The translations under genes and the position numbers were made by a program. Below the pieces are notes generated by a model. That model searched no databases. It saw nothing but the letters and a program-made list of their open reading frames with translations, and was not told where the DNA came from. Positions 44,736-60,246 of a DNA stretch of 64,000 nt are shown here, in pieces. Origin of the DNA: the human T2T-CHM13v2.0 reference genome, Homo sapiens. The stretch lies in assembly GCF_009914755.1 (NCBI RefSeq), contig NC_060937.1; one strand, given 5' to 3'. Numbering within the stretch: position 1 is the stretch's first letter; every line of letters starts with the position of its first letter.

Positions 44736-45214
44736 ATATCATACAATCATTTCTCAAAACATTTTCTTTAAAATACCATGTGCTAGGTATCTGCAATATT
44801 ACTTAAAGAAAAAAATGAGAAATTTAAGTGCCAAATATTGGTGCAAGTCTAAGTGTACTGGACTTATGAACATTTATGAAATACACATTTTTAATTGTGT
44901 GTATTTAATATATTTTTAAAAAGAATGTTTTATATGTAATACCTGATGCCAGATAATATTAGCCATGTATATCTTGTTTTACTTTATATTAGAATTAATT
45001 GAGGGCTTCTGGTTAAACCAATCACTTCATTTTCTGAAATAACCTGCAGTTTGCTTCATTGAAAGTCACCGTTAAATTTATTCTCAGGCCATTTTGTAAC
45101 CAGTTGTATAGATTAACCAACAGATTCCGTTTTTGAAATCAAGATAAAGTGATACTGTTTGTGGAGGTGGTGTTCTGATGACAAAACAAAACAAGGCAAA
45201 ATTGTTGTTTTAAA

Positions 45215-45400
45215 TTCTAGGCTCTTCAGACCTGGTTTTAAGCATCAGCTACATATGTTGTCAACTTTATGACATGACCAAGTCAATTAACATCTCTTAT
45301 TTTTCTCCTATAGAAACTAAGGAAAATTATATCTGCCTACCTGTGTTACATCTTGTGGAGATCAGGCTACATTAATACCCATAAAAGAGCTTTAAGAATT
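45215..45400 (+). mobile_element. MIR
   Basis: ggctcttcagacctggttt...gaccaagtcaattaacatctc degenerate core. Confidence 0.55.
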
Positions 45401-46314
45401 GCGAATAGAAATTTTATTTGTTATTTTTCAATTGCAGGAGAAAGACATGCATGAATTTAAATATGAGACCAGAGGAACATGTGTATAATAAATGCCTCTT
45501 TATACAGTAGAAGCTACAAAATGAAAAACAGAAAACTGTATAGCGCAGATACTGAAAAAGAGTGCCTCTATAACTGCATTTATTTTTTAATGTTTTCCAC
45601 GTATTCCTTTATCTCCTGTTATTCAAGTTCTGTATAGAAAGGTGCTTTGAATCATTTCCCTGTGATTTTTCAAAGGCAGTATGGAGAAAGTTCCTTTGCA
45701 TCCCCTTTTTTTTTTCCGCTGGTTTTCAAAGACAATCCTTGGCTAAAAATAAATATATATGCTTCTCAGAATGGGGATTGAAATATTAAAATGAATAAAG
45801 TAAATATATAAATAAGTAAAGTACTTTGATCCTCCCTCTCTAGTTTCTTCATTTTCTATTCCTTTCTTTGACTTGCTTGTTTTCCCCCTAGATCTCTATC
45901 ATGAAATGATCTGAAGCAAGATAAGTAAATGGTGCTTGGATCCCCAAAGACACATGTTCTCAGTTTCTGACCAAGCTTACTACCTAGAATGTGTATACAG
46001 AATTTTGCCATTCAAAAAGAAAGATTCAGCCAAAGAAAGTTTAAATTTGGCACTTCATTTATAGTGCATGTATGCTTTATCTAATATGATCATGTGCTCT
46101 CATTTCTTTTGACCTTGATCTAAGAGAATAAGTTATGGATTCAGTTTTTTAATTGTGTGGGATTTATTTTAATAAGACTATTTTTGTTTTAATACATTAT
46201 TTTTACTACAGATGGTTTATTTTGTAATTTACTTTAAAATACATGAAAGCAAAGTGAAATATTTTAGTACGTTATAATTATTTACTATTTCAATTTCATG
46301 TCCTCTGAGAATTT

Positions 46315-46654
46315 ATTTTATTTATTTATTTATTTATTTTTGTTGTTGTTGTTTTTTGTTTTTTGAGACAGAGTCTCGCACTGTTGCCCAGGTTTGAGTG
46401 CAGTGGGCGTGATCTTGGCTTACTGCAAGCTCCGCCTCCCGGGTTCATGCCATTCTCCTGCCTCAGCCTCCTGAGTAGCTGGGACTACAGGCACCCGCCA
46501 CCACCACCACACTCAGCTAATTTTTTTTGTATTTTTGGTAGAGACGGGGTTTCGCTGTATTAACCAGGATGGTCTCGATCTCCTGACCTCGTGATCGGCC
46601 TGCCTCGCCCCCCTCAAAGTGCTGGGATTACAGACATAAGCCATCGCGCCCGTC
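46315..46654 (-). mobile_element. AluY
   Basis: Diagnostic gcaagctccgcctcccgggttca.gccattctcc. 16-bp TSD tgtcctctg(a/g)gaattt at 46299-46314 and 46655-46670. Confidence 0.95.
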
Positions 46655-46834
46655 TGTCCTCTGGGAATTTGGAACCCAGTGTGTTAGCATGATTGATTTC
46701 TTAACCTTCTTTTTTAGTGTTCTTGGGCAAATCAGGTAACTATTTCATAAACTACATTTCATAGGTAAAGATTAATTATGTTTATATCTCTCAGCTCCAA
46801 ATAAATGACACTAACTAAATTTTTGGTTTATCTC

Positions 46835-49200
<2,366 letters not shown>

Positions 49201-50837
49201 TTGTTTTGATATATTTAACATAATAAAGAAATTTATATAACAAAGTGAGGAATATTTAGCATATATTCATCAAATATAAAAAGTTGACTAAGTTTTCACA
49301 TAGTTAAATTAAAAAGAAAATAAATAGGCCAATCAAATGATGACTACAATGCATGCACTAACAATTAGAATAAATCACATTGCAAATGGTGAGTCAACAT
49401 AAAAATATATATTAAAAAATTAATATTCAAATAAATTTAAATTTTAAAGTAATATTTTACTTTGCTTCTTAAATCAGCAAAATTGAAAAAAATAATAAGA
49501 ATGACCCTTGAAGTAGTGAAGAAAGGGTCTGTTGATAGGACCTGTTTTCTCTGTTCTGGACCAACTTGACACAATTTGTAAGGCCACATATAGAGAACAT
49601 TTATTAATGATTAAAAATTGGCTTGTTTACATACCTTATTGTGAGAACCAAAATGAGTTTTCTCATTCCATGTTCAACCACATTCCTAGGATAGCCCATG
49701 GGAAGCTAGATTTGAGTTTGTAGAACCCCAACATATCAGCTCTCATTGGCCCAGGTAGAGAGGAGGAAATATAAACCAGGCAGCATTTAATTGGGTAGGA
49801 GAACCACATGAGACCAGGTAAGACATTATTTATCTTTATTTTTACACATTACACAACCATGAGAATTGCTGAGGAAATGAATATTTAAGAGAGAGAGTTG
49901 GAAAAATCAATGATGTCACCAACCTGTCAATCTGATATTTAGCCAACAATGTGGGACCATTAGGGGATGCTGGTGAAAAACATTTATGGGGAGCTATTTC
50001 TTCTGTAGTTCTGCAGCTAAGTGTGTATTGAAGGAGTGGTGACTCTTGATCAGCAGGGCCAACAGTTTGGACAATGAGTTGGACACAAAGTGAAGGAAAG
50101 TAAGATCTGGGTGGACCTGGCCTGCAACTCTGTGATTTCTTTCATTGCCTCTATTTACATGATCTTCAAAAAGTAATGATTTCTGATTCAACTTTTCACA
50201 TCTCACACAATTCTAACTTGCAATCCCATAGTCAACAAGATTTGAGGGACTATAATTCTCGTCTAACCAATTGACAGTGTAAGTTTTCAAATGAGAATGA
50301 ATTTCCCAAATTAGTCTTTCCCTCTCCACAAAAATGGATCAATGACTGTTAGCACCAAACTATTAACTTGCTCTTCTGTGGAATGAAGTAAGGTATTGGG
50401 CTAGAAGACCAGAATATTTATAGAAAAAAAAATTAATAGACATCAGGAATGGGCAAAAGAGGCTTCCCCAAGAGATGCTTGGCTATTTCTAATGTTGATG
50501 ATATTTCATAGAGGGCATTCACATATAACATTGGGGAAAGGAAATATTAATACATTTTTGGAAGGGAGGTCAAAAAGATGTAATAAAGTGTTAAGATATG
50601 AATGCTCTTTAATACACCATTACCGTTTGTAACCATGTATCCTACAGAAGTAACTAGGAAAGTGTGAAAGATATTATCTGTGGCCTTGTTTATAATAGGA
50701 AAACCTTAACAGCAACTTCAAGGTCCTTCAATATGGGATTGCTTTAAAAAATTATGGTACAAATGTGTTTGTTATTAAAAGTTATTAAGTCTAAAATATG
50801 TAATTATGTCTATACTAGAAGAATATAGTATTGTGAT

Positions 50838-51299
50838 TGTTACTGAAACACCCACGGTTCTGTCTAGGTCCTGTTGGTTGTCCCACAGAAAGCCAATTAT
50901 TGAGAGAATGAGTATTGCCAGAGAAGAAGGCTTTATTCGGGTGCTCCAGTTGAGAAGATGGGAGGTAAGTCTCAAATCAGATCCCAACTGACTAAAATTA
51001 GGGGTTTATATATCTGGGAAGAAATGTAACTACATGTGGGAAAGCAGGAATTAGGGAGGGGTAAGGAAGAGAAATTGGTCAAAGGTGGTCAGTTAGGCAA
51101 TCATGTTGAGTGAGGGGCATGGTGTCTCATTGTCCAGGGGTGATGATCTGGAAAGTTTGAGCTCCTTGATGCTACCTGGGAGGACTGAGAAGACAAATGT
51201 AACATTTTTCAAGTTTTAAGACTGAGAGCGTCAATTTCCATGTGTATTAAAAAAAAAAACTGTAAACATTAGTTCTATGAGATAACTGGGCCAGTTTCA
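50838..51299 (-). mobile_element. Solo LTR, LTR47-like
   Basis: tgttactgaaacacc...gccagtttca termini; 4-bp TSD tgat (50834-50837 and 51300-51303). Family name from memory. Confidence 0.8.
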
Positions 51300-52329
51300 T
51301 GATGACAATGTATAGTATATGAACATGTTAGGGTTATGTATGGGTGAAAGAAATTCAGCTAATATTTATTTTTCTATACTTTAAATGCTATCTGAATTTT
51401 TATGATGGATATTCATTACACTTAAAAATAGAGTGTTTTTTAATATTTTGGGGGTAAACAATTATGTGAAAATTGACTATGCAAGTAAACATTCTGAACA
51501 GGTACAAACCCTATCAATAAAAAATTCTGAATATAAAGTTGAAAAATATAAACACATTTAAACCTACTGAAGTTTTAATAGAATAGTATCATACCTTTAA
51601 TGGTTTTAACATAATCCTCCTAAGACAGTTTACTGTGCTTAATGGGAGCATCAGAAGCATTTTCACGTTCTTTTCATGCAAGATGATAAGAAGATGAGCT
51701 TATTGTTGCTATTCGATTTTTCATTCTTTCCTTGGCTTTGATTCTTAGGACAGAGCACGCTTTTCATCTTGCTACAAATATGACTCTGCATAAATCTCTT
51801 AGGATAGGTCTCTATGCAGGAAATAATATGGTGAAAAAAATTCTCCCTCTTTTCTGTATAATTTTTCTTCTGTGAGCCTATGGTCAGACTCAGGGTTTTA
51901 TGATGAATCCCAGTTGTCAACCAACTTTCTATTGTAAGTTATAATCCTTGGCTTCTTGTTTTGATAGAGGCATAGATATTTAAACTATAAGGGCTTACCC
52001 ATATAAGATCCCTGCAATACACCCTTGTCTTCTTTTTCAGCTATTTTTAGGTGCATAAAAGTACTTTTACAATGAAGCTAAAAGTCAGAATTGTGGACAA
52101 ACATTTCCTTTGAATTGACTGAAGTTAAGACTATCTTATTTACATTTTTTAAAAACCATAAAAATACAAGGACATTACCTAGTAAGAGAGAAGGATGCAA
52201 GTATGGAATTAAAATTTCTATAAACCTTCACATAAGTGAGTGAACACAGCACATTCTGTAGTGATCCACAAAGTGATGCCCATTCTAAAAACAGCAGTAT
52301 TGCTTAACGTTACAAGCAGATTCTGAAAC

Positions 52330-52500
52330 CAGGTTTCCTTAGCAGCAACACTCATGTCTGTTGTAAATCCTTAGGTAAGCTTGAGAACCTCTCTGTCCCT
52401 TGATTTTTCATTTATAAAACAGGAATAGTAATAATGGCTACCACATAGAATAGCTATGAGAATTCAGTGAGTTATTATACGTGAAATACTTGGAAAACTA
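52330..52500 (+). mobile_element. MIR
   Basis: aacctctctgtcccttgatttttcatttataaaacaggaatagtaataat core. Confidence 0.75.
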
Positions 52501-52749
52501 CTTGTTACTGCTACTAAATGGTATGTACTATTTGTAATTTTAATATCTTTTTATCACTATTTTCTTACTGACATAATAATTGCACAACTTTAATACCTTT
52601 GTAAAGGAAAAATAAGAATCATTAGAGAAGGTTAATGCCATTCTTCTAATGTTAAAGGGCTTAATGATTTGATGTTCTGTGTATATAAAACTCAATTTCA
52701 TAATAACATAATACCTCAAAGCAAGCGTAAGGGCTTACTAGGAGACAGG

Positions 52750-52930
52750 CTTTGTACTCAAACATTTTATATGCATTGTCTCATTTTCTCACATAAAATT
52801 TTTGAGGCAGATTAAATTTATATATGAGGAAACTGAGGCTGAGAAAGACTGCCTGAGATCACGTAATGAATGGCAAAGCCGGTCTGCTTGATGCGAAAAG
52901 TCTTTGCTGTCAAACAATATACTGTGACCT
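52750..52930 (-). mobile_element. MIR
   Basis: atgaggaaactgaggctgagaaag core. Confidence 0.75.
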
Positions 52931-53125
52931 TCCAGGACTAAAGTTGAAGGCAAGAGACAACATTCCCTTTTATGTGATTTCTCTAAACCTTTGCTTATAT
53001 ATTGCTCTTAAACTTTTTTAAAAAAAATCCAATTATCAATATCTCCTCTTATCAAATACATTATATATGAGCTATTTATAACCCACTGGTTTATTTTATA
53101 AATACATTTCCTGTATTTACTCCAG

Positions 53126-53214
53126 GTAGCCATTATATTTCAGTGAGTTAAAATAAATCAAAGATTTTTAAGTTGTGTATAGGGTTCATTTTGTATAAAC
53201 TTTGGTGATAACAG
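53126..53214 (+). pseudogene. Candidate 89-nt exon
   Basis: Acceptor atttcctgtatttactccag; donor CAG|gtaaga. Translates VAIIFQ*VKINQRFLSCV*GSFCINFGDN (phase 2 out). Confidence 0.35.
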
Positions 53215-53965
53215 GTAAGAAGTAAGAACTAAAATATCCAGACTTTGCATGGCAAGGAGATGAGCAAAGTTTTATTCCCCAACATTATTGTGAGGTCATA
53301 TATTATCACTTTCCCAAAAGGCTCTAGACATTAGTTTCTCTCTTAACGATTTGCAATTTTAAATAAGTACATGTTTCTTTATTTTGTAGTCCAGAGTTAA
53401 TGATGTTGTCTTAAATCTTTATATATTTTTCTTTTTGAATCTCTGTGAATTAGAGCAATCCACATTTTATGTTATACATACATATTTATGAAACAAATTT
53501 TGTTATACATTTTATTTTAAAAAACATAGTACAAATAGGATTTGGTATCAACTGGGGATCTTAGAACATATCCCCTGCTAATAAGGAGGAACTAACATTA
53601 AGGGCACATTCTAAGATATTGGGTGTTAGAAATTCAGCATATCTTTTTGAGGAACACAATTCAATTGATGAGAGTAGGAAAAAGCCACTGTGATATAGAG
53701 CCTGACCTAGAGCTGGCATTTGTAGCAGTATGACATTGGATAAAGCACATACCCTTTCTAGGTGTCCATTCTCTTCTCCATAAAATGACCATTTGGCTGG
53801 AATATTTTAAGGTTATTTCTATCTCTGACCTATTTGCTGCTTGTTCATTATATAATGCTTCAGTTCATTATATGTCTCTCCATCCCACCCTGCCTCAATT
53901 TAAAAGGCTTTCTAGGATTGAAATATAGTTTGACAATTATGTTTGAACTTTCTTTGTTTTTCATT

Positions 53966-54751
53966 TGTTTTGTCCTTTTGAGATACTGTAACGGAACACT
54001 GTAGAAGAAGTGGTTTATAAAAAACAAATATTTATTTCTCACAGTGCTGAAAGCTGGAAAGTCTGAGATCAAAGACCTGGCAGATTTGATGTCTGCTGAG
54101 GTCCCCTTTCTGGTTCATAGTGTTACCAAAACACCAGGGATTCTGTCTAGGTCCTCCCCACATTGAAAGCCAATGACTGAGATGATGAGTATTACTAAAG
54201 AAGAAGACTGTAATCGGATGCTGCAGCCGAGAAGACAGAAGCTCAGTCTCAAATCCATCTCCCTGACCAACTAAAACTAAGGATTTATATAGCAGGGAAG
54301 AAATGTAACTGTGTAAGAAAACAGGAACTAGTGAAGGGCAAGGAAGCAATCATGATAAATGAGGGGCCCGGCATCTCATTTTCTGGATGTGGTGATCTGA
54401 TGAGTTTCAGTTCTTTGATACTTTTCTTTGAAAAACCTGAGGTTGTTTCCTGATGAAGGAACTCACATAAAACAAATATAAATTTCAAGCTTTAATACCA
54501 GAATTTCTATGTTTATCAAAAGAAAAATATCTATGGAACAATTGGGTTGGTTTCAAGAGATGCCCTTCTAGTTGTGCCCTCACATGGCAGAAGGAGGAAG
54601 GGAATTCCCTAAGGTGCCTTTTATAAGAACATAAGAACTTCATCTTCATGACTTAATAAGCTCCCAAACATCTCACATCTTAATCCCCTTACATTTGGGA
54701 TTAGGTTTCAAAATATGAACTCTGAGAGACACAAACATTAAGTCTACAGCA
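53966..54751 (-). mobile_element. MaLR LTR (MLT1A0-like), split by an LTR47-like element
   Basis: atttatttctcacagtgctgaaagctggaaagtctgagatcaa...attaggtttcaaaatatgaa...tacagca; TSD tcatt/ttatt. Confidence 0.85.
54121..54555 (-). mobile_element. Solo LTR, LTR47-like (second copy)
   Basis: tgttaccaaaacacc...ggtttca; clearly homologous to 50838-51299. TSD atag/agag. Confidence 0.8.
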
Positions 54752-54985
54752 TTATTATTTTCTATATTGTTGTTTTTTAATGTCAAAATTATGCTAAATT
54801 AAAAGTACATAAATGAAACAATTTTATTGATATTATAAATTCAGATCTGGGCCACATTTCAACAAATTAACTGATTATTTTGGCCAGCCTCTGTGTTTAT
54901 ATATATGTTGTCCTTATTCTCATTTTAGATTAGGTTACTAAACAATTAATTCAATTAATTTTATTCAGTTACATAGCTGTGAATG

Positions 54986-55350
54986 TGTTATGGCCTGAAT
55001 ATTTGTGTCTTCCTCAAATTTATATACTGAAATTCAAATCCCCAAGGCAATAGTACCAGGAGGTAAAACCTTTGGGTGGTGAAGTTATGAGGGTGGAACC
55101 CTAGTTAATGAAATTAGTTCCCTTATAAAGACCCCACCCTCTCCAGAAGACTCCTGTGATCCTCCTACCATGTGAGAACAAAGTAAGAAGGTGCCATCTA
55201 TGAACAGAAAATATGCCCTCACCAGATACCAAATCTCTCCACTGCTTATCTTAGACTCCTCAGCCTCCAGAACTGCGAGAGATAAATTTCAGTGGTTTTC
55301 AAGTCACTCAGTCTATGGTATCTTGTTATAGCACCTCAAACAGACTAGTA
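54986..55350 (+). mobile_element. MaLR solo LTR (MLT1A-like)
   Basis: tgttatggcctgaatatttgtgtc...cagcctccagaactgcgagagataaatttc...gttatagca. Confidence 0.88.
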
Positions 55351-56233
55351 TTGTATTAAAGATTCTGTGCCAATTTAATAAAAGTCACCAAGAACATTTT
55401 ATTGGCTTTAATATCTTTAGATAAATTTTATGATCAATTTCTTATATATTTGAAATTAACAAAAAGTCAATAGGACAATGAAATTTTATTCCAGATAAAC
55501 ACCTAAAGATGCACAGTGAAAATGAAGATCTCTCTGTGGAGTCTGGGGATCGTGTTAGTCTGTCATTTTTTTAATACACCTACTTATTAGTAATACTTGG
55601 TGCTGTCTCTATGCTCAATCACATTTTGTGTCTGAAATTTAAGCTAACATTCTGGGTTTTAGTTTCAGTTATATTCACTGTTTCAGGAAGTTCCTTGCTA
55701 GATATTTCTTACTTGTTTGATGTAGCTTGATCCTTCTGTCTGACCTTGTTTTAGAAGTAGTTGCTTAAAAGCAGTGAGTTCTTACTCCATTTATCACTAA
55801 AAAGTTTTTCTTTGACAAAACTGAGCTAAATTCTCCCCTCTGGGAATGCATTCTTTGTGTTAAGTAAGGCAAGCCCCCAAGCAAAGTTGTGTTCATTCTC
55901 CAGCGTGGACTACTGGGGAAACACACTGTCCTTTTTACAGAGTGGCGGAGAGTCACTTCTAGGCCCTGGCCAGCTCCCTGCACACTCCTTTCAGCCTTGC
56001 CCCAGGCCACAGGGTTGCATCTGCCTTCTCTCCTTTTTTAAAGCCCCTCTATAAAGCTCTCCTCTATAAGCCTACTGTGCCTGAGAGCGTTGAGCTCAAC
56101 ATCTGGTTAAAGCCTAGGATACTGTCTCGCTATGTTGACATATCTTTCTGGCTCCCAATACAAATATTTGGATCATTTTTAGTGTAATTGTTTTTCTTGT
56201 TAACCTAATGTGGCACTGGCAAAGTTTTAAAAA

Positions 56234-56236
<3 letters not shown>

Positions 56237-56274
<38 letters not shown>
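56237..56274. repeat. (AC)19 microsatellite
   Basis: Perfect dinucleotide run. Confidence 0.97.
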
Positions 56275-56276
<2 letters not shown>

Positions 56277-56673
56277 ACAGAAAAGTTAAAAGACAAATTG
56301 CTACCATATTCATTGGTTGGAAACATCTGATCTACTTACTGCTAAATTCTGCACTGTGGGGTAGAATTTTCCTTTTATATGATTCTTCCCCTATATGACA
56401 ACATTCTGGGAAAAAAAAGTTTGAGATTTCAATTAAGGTAGAAGTGATGGATAAGTTTTAATGGGCTCTCATATTGACATAGTTACTTACTAACATACGA
56501 GAAAACCAATTCAAACACATTGAGGATACAGAGATAAACAAGCAGAGAGTGGGATTATTTTTCACATAAAGGGCTATCATTTCTGCATTAAAAAAATGAT
56601 CGATCTATTAAGTATTTTAGTACTTGCTGTTTGAAACAGCATCCCCACATCCTAACCTTCCCCTTCTCTCCAG

Positions 56674-56738
56674 AATTCAACATTTTTGTTGAAGGAATGA
56701 AAATACATTGAGACATACTTTTCATATTCAAATAACCG
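56674..56738 (+). pseudogene. Candidate 65-nt exon with strong splice signals
   Basis: Branch point ctaac (56652-56656), pyrimidine tract and cag; donor CCG|gtaagc. All frames carry a stop. The phase 2-1 frame reads IQHFC*RNENTLRHTFHIQIT. Confidence 0.5.
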
Positions 56739-56802
56739 GTAAGCTATACGGCACGCATCGTCAAGTTGATACACCAAGTATGAAAGGCAAAGTAAATCAG
56801 TG

Positions 56803-56885
56803 TTTTCTTTCCTTCCTTCCTCCCTCCCTCCCTTCCTTCTTCCCTCCCTCCCTTCCTTCCTTTCTTCCTTCCTCCTTCCTTCTTT
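56803..56885. repeat. (CCTT)/(CCCT)n polypyrimidine low-complexity tract
   Basis: About 80 bp containing only C and T. Confidence 0.95.
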
Positions 56886-57339
56886 GTGCTTTTATTATAT
56901 ATATATTTCAAGTTGTGTAATATCAATTCCAAAGTATTTACATAATTTTACACAAGTTATCTGGGGAATCTGGGAAAGATCATTTAAAATTTTTAGTCAG
57001 TTTCCTTATTTATAAAAATAAAGCTAGAGAAAAATAGAATGGATAATATCAAATGAATCTTACAGCTATTAAATAGTATTTGTTATATTTAGAATACTTG
57101 AGAATGAAGCGTTTTAGTTATTAGTTTTTACTTGCAGAAAACTTCCTTCCTTGTAAAATTGAGCCAAGCAGAAGCCAAGCTACAGATGTTTCATGTTTTA
57201 GAGTAACTATCCCAACACTTTTGTCTTTCTCACCCAGGATCAGCTACTGCACTTAATCCTTGTACCTAAATTACTCACTCAGAATTTTGTCTATTTCCAA
57301 ACCCTACCCACCATGCCAGATCTTCTTGATTTTGAAAAC

Positions 57340-57430
57340 AGGTTTTGTTCTACCACTCATTGACTGTGGAACTTTGTACAAGCTACTAAGCCTTTTTGAA
57401 CCCCAGCTTCCATGACAAGGTGGAAATTAT
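57340..57430 (+). mobile_element. MIR fragment
   Basis: ctaccactcattgactgtggaactttgtacaagctactaagcc. Confidence 0.55.
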
Positions 57431-59320
57431 AGATGGGATATAGAGGGATGCAGGAATGGAAAAAAGAAGAGATATAAATAAAAATTTAAAATAATATGAA
57501 TTAGGAAGTGTACAAAAATGTATAATGTGGTATACTAATAGTTCTCTTTTTTGTGCCTAAAAATTCAAATTAAAAAATTAGTTATGATTTTGGTGAAATA
57601 AATTACCCTTTCAAAGAAATAGTCTGCGATTCTTAAGTAACGGTAAAGTAGCAATAGCTTTAAACTTGCAATAATGTGAAATATTTGCTTTTTAATAATA
57701 ACTAAATTAAAAATAATATTTTGTGTAATCCCACTAATATATATGTATATATATAGACAGATATATAGACATGGATACATAGATTTGTGTACAAAATACT
57801 CTAAATGAATATACTAAAAAAACTTAATGCCAATTATATATGGTGCTATATCCACTTATTTTAATTCCTTTAACATTTTATGTATTTCTAAACAAACTAT
57901 ACTAATCTCATAATAAAAAGAAATTCACATGTAGAACACAAAACAATGCTTGAGAAACCAAATGTAACAAAATATACTCTTCAAAATGACTATCAAAGAA
58001 CAGTTCTAAGGAATTAATCCAATAAAAAATAAAGCCAACCTAGAACGCCAAAATATTTTAAAGAGAATTTTTAAATTATTATTTACATATTTGATAATCA
58101 CTCCCTTTCCTTTTAGCTTTACAGCTGAGGAAAGGGAAAAAATGATTCAGTTACAGGTGATTCATATTTCATAGAAATTCATTTTTAGGGAATCGAGCCT
58201 TAGCAGTTATTAATTATTAGAAGATTTATAGTACATTTAAGAATGATGCATAGCCGTGGCTGCTGGAAAAGAATGGAGCCGATCCAAATAGCATGGAAAT
58301 AAGTGTTGCATTTATACATAAGGAAAGAGGATTTAATTTCATCATTATTATTGCCATTTTAACAGCAATACAGCGCTGCAGCAGCCATCATAATTATTGT
58401 CATAGGCTGGGAGGTTGTGGGAGGGCAAGAACATTTTTATGGATTAATAATCCCTTGAGGTCGTGGAGTACCAAATGTGTTTCTTCTCTGTTGGGGAGAG
58501 TGGGAGGAGAGGGAGCTGCCTCTGATTAAATCTGAGGAGCCTGGGTTTCTGTATGAAGATCTTAACAAGGAAATGAGATTGAGCCGCTTTAAACTCATCC
58601 AGTTCAACTACAGTAAATATTGCTTGGCGGCAGTGAAATCTTAATTAGTATTTCCCTCCTGTTAAACAATTCTAGTGGTTAAGAGACACTGAAATCGTGA
58701 TATTTGCTTCCCCTGAAATGTTCTGTTTTAACTCTTTTATCTCATATTTTCAGAGAAAGAAGTCTATCTACTGCCTATTTTAAAAATATGTTATTTGCCA
58801 TTACCTTATATTCAGCTGCTTATTTTTTCACTTCCTATTTAAAGTCTCTATTGTTAAATACAGTACAAAAAGGTATTTCTCTCAAGTCAGGTCAATCACT
58901 TCAATTTTTATTGCAATAAAGGTGTTTCCACAAAAACGCTAAACTGAAAAGTGAATTATGTCAGCACTGAGTCTATTTTTAGAGACATAAATAATTTCAG
59001 ATGTGGCTTTTGAAGATGTATCTAGAATAATGTCATGACCTTTATACTTAATTACGATGCAACGTAATTTAAAATCATGGACATACAAGTACCAGGTCTT
59101 CTGAAACAGACTTATTCTTTCTAGGTTTATTCCTAAATTTCTAACAGAATTTGGATTCACTCTAAAGTCATCTTCATGAGTATGTTTAATATTTATTTAG
59201 AAAATAATAATATTTTGAGAGATGTACTAAAGACATTTTGATGTGAATTTTATTCTCAGGGGACATATAAACTATTTGAATGAGATACATTATGCATAGG
59301 AGAAGCAAATAAATATCTGC

Positions 59321-59639
59321 GGCCAGGCGCGGTGGCTCAGCCTGTAATCCCAGCACTTTGGGAGGCCGAGGTGGGGGGATCATGAGGTCAGGAGATCGAG
59401 ACCATCCTGGATAACACGATGAAAACCCGTCTCTACTAAAACTACAAAAAAAAATTAGCCGGGCTTGGTGGCAGACGCCTGTGGTCCCAGCTATTCAGGA
59501 GGCTGAGGCAGGAGAATGGCATGAACCCGGGAGGCGGAGCTTGCAGTGAGCCGAGATCACGCCACCACACTCCAGCCTGGGCAATAGAGCGAGACTCCGT
59601 CTCAAAAAATAAATAAATAAATAAATAAATTAATTAATT
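59321..59639 (+). mobile_element. AluY
   Basis: gagatcgagaccatcctgg and ggagcttgcagtgagcc diagnostics; (TAAA)n tail. 14-bp TSD aaataaatatctgc at 59307-59320 and 59640-59653. Confidence 0.96.
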
Positions 59640-59800
59640 AAATAAATATCTGCCTTTCAAAAGATCAACTGATATAGATTGTGAAACTAAAAGAGCCCCG
59701 ACAAGACAAAGTTCAAAAAACTCATTAAACTAATTTTGGATCCATAAATTTTTGCCAGTGGCTTAATGTTTTATTTTGTTTTTCTCCTTTCTGTTAATAG

Positions 59801-59867
59801 ATCAGGGCCACATTCTCTTTGAGCACCTTGATCCCAATCAGTATCTTTTCGTGGGTGAAAATGGGCG
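59801..59867 (+). pseudogene. Candidate 67-nt exon with strong splice signals
   Basis: Long T-rich acceptor ending ctgttaatag; donor GCG|gtaagg. Open frame (D)QGHILFEHLDPNQYLFVGENG (phase 1 in, phase 2 out). Confidence 0.5.
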
Positions 59868-60047
59868 GTAAGGGATATGAAGAAAACTGCTCTAAACCAA
59901 GGCTGTCTCCAATACAACAGGACATATAGTTACCTTACTTATGCTGGAATATCAGAACACAGTAGTCATTATCACTTTTTTAGTTTATTTTTCAGTAGAT
60001 AATATTAATAACTCTCTTCTCTTTTCTGCCTACCATTATTTCTACAG

Positions 60048-60086
60048 ACATTGACATTCTTCATTCCTTAAATATAATCTTCGCAG
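60048..60086 (+). pseudogene. Candidate 39-nt exon with a GC (or mutated GT) donor
   Basis: Acceptor ctcttctcttttctgcctaccattatttctacag; donor CAG|gcaaga. Confidence 0.3.
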
Positions 60087-60246
60087 GCAAGAGAACTGAG
60101 CCAGGGCTGTGTGGTTAAGATAGTTGGACAGTCTTTGCATTATAAATCATGAAATGATTGGAGTATAGACCCCAATGGTAAGTTTAGATCAGAGTGGTTT
60201 CTTCTCCTGCAAGCCTAACGTCTCAGCTCTCTTGTCATTCTTCCAG

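Noticed and set aside
50838-54555. Single provirus bounded by two LTRs
   Set aside because: Separate TSDs and no internal retroviral sequence.
56676-56693. Hairpin ttcaaca-tttt-tgttgaa as a terminator or miRNA
   Set aside because: Only a 7-bp AT-rich stem, expected by chance in 64 kb.
58116-58155. Additional + strand exon candidate (cttttag...CAG|gtgatt)
   Set aside because: The donor is weaker and inclusion breaks the 56738-59801 frame. It also shows how easily pseudo-exons arise here.
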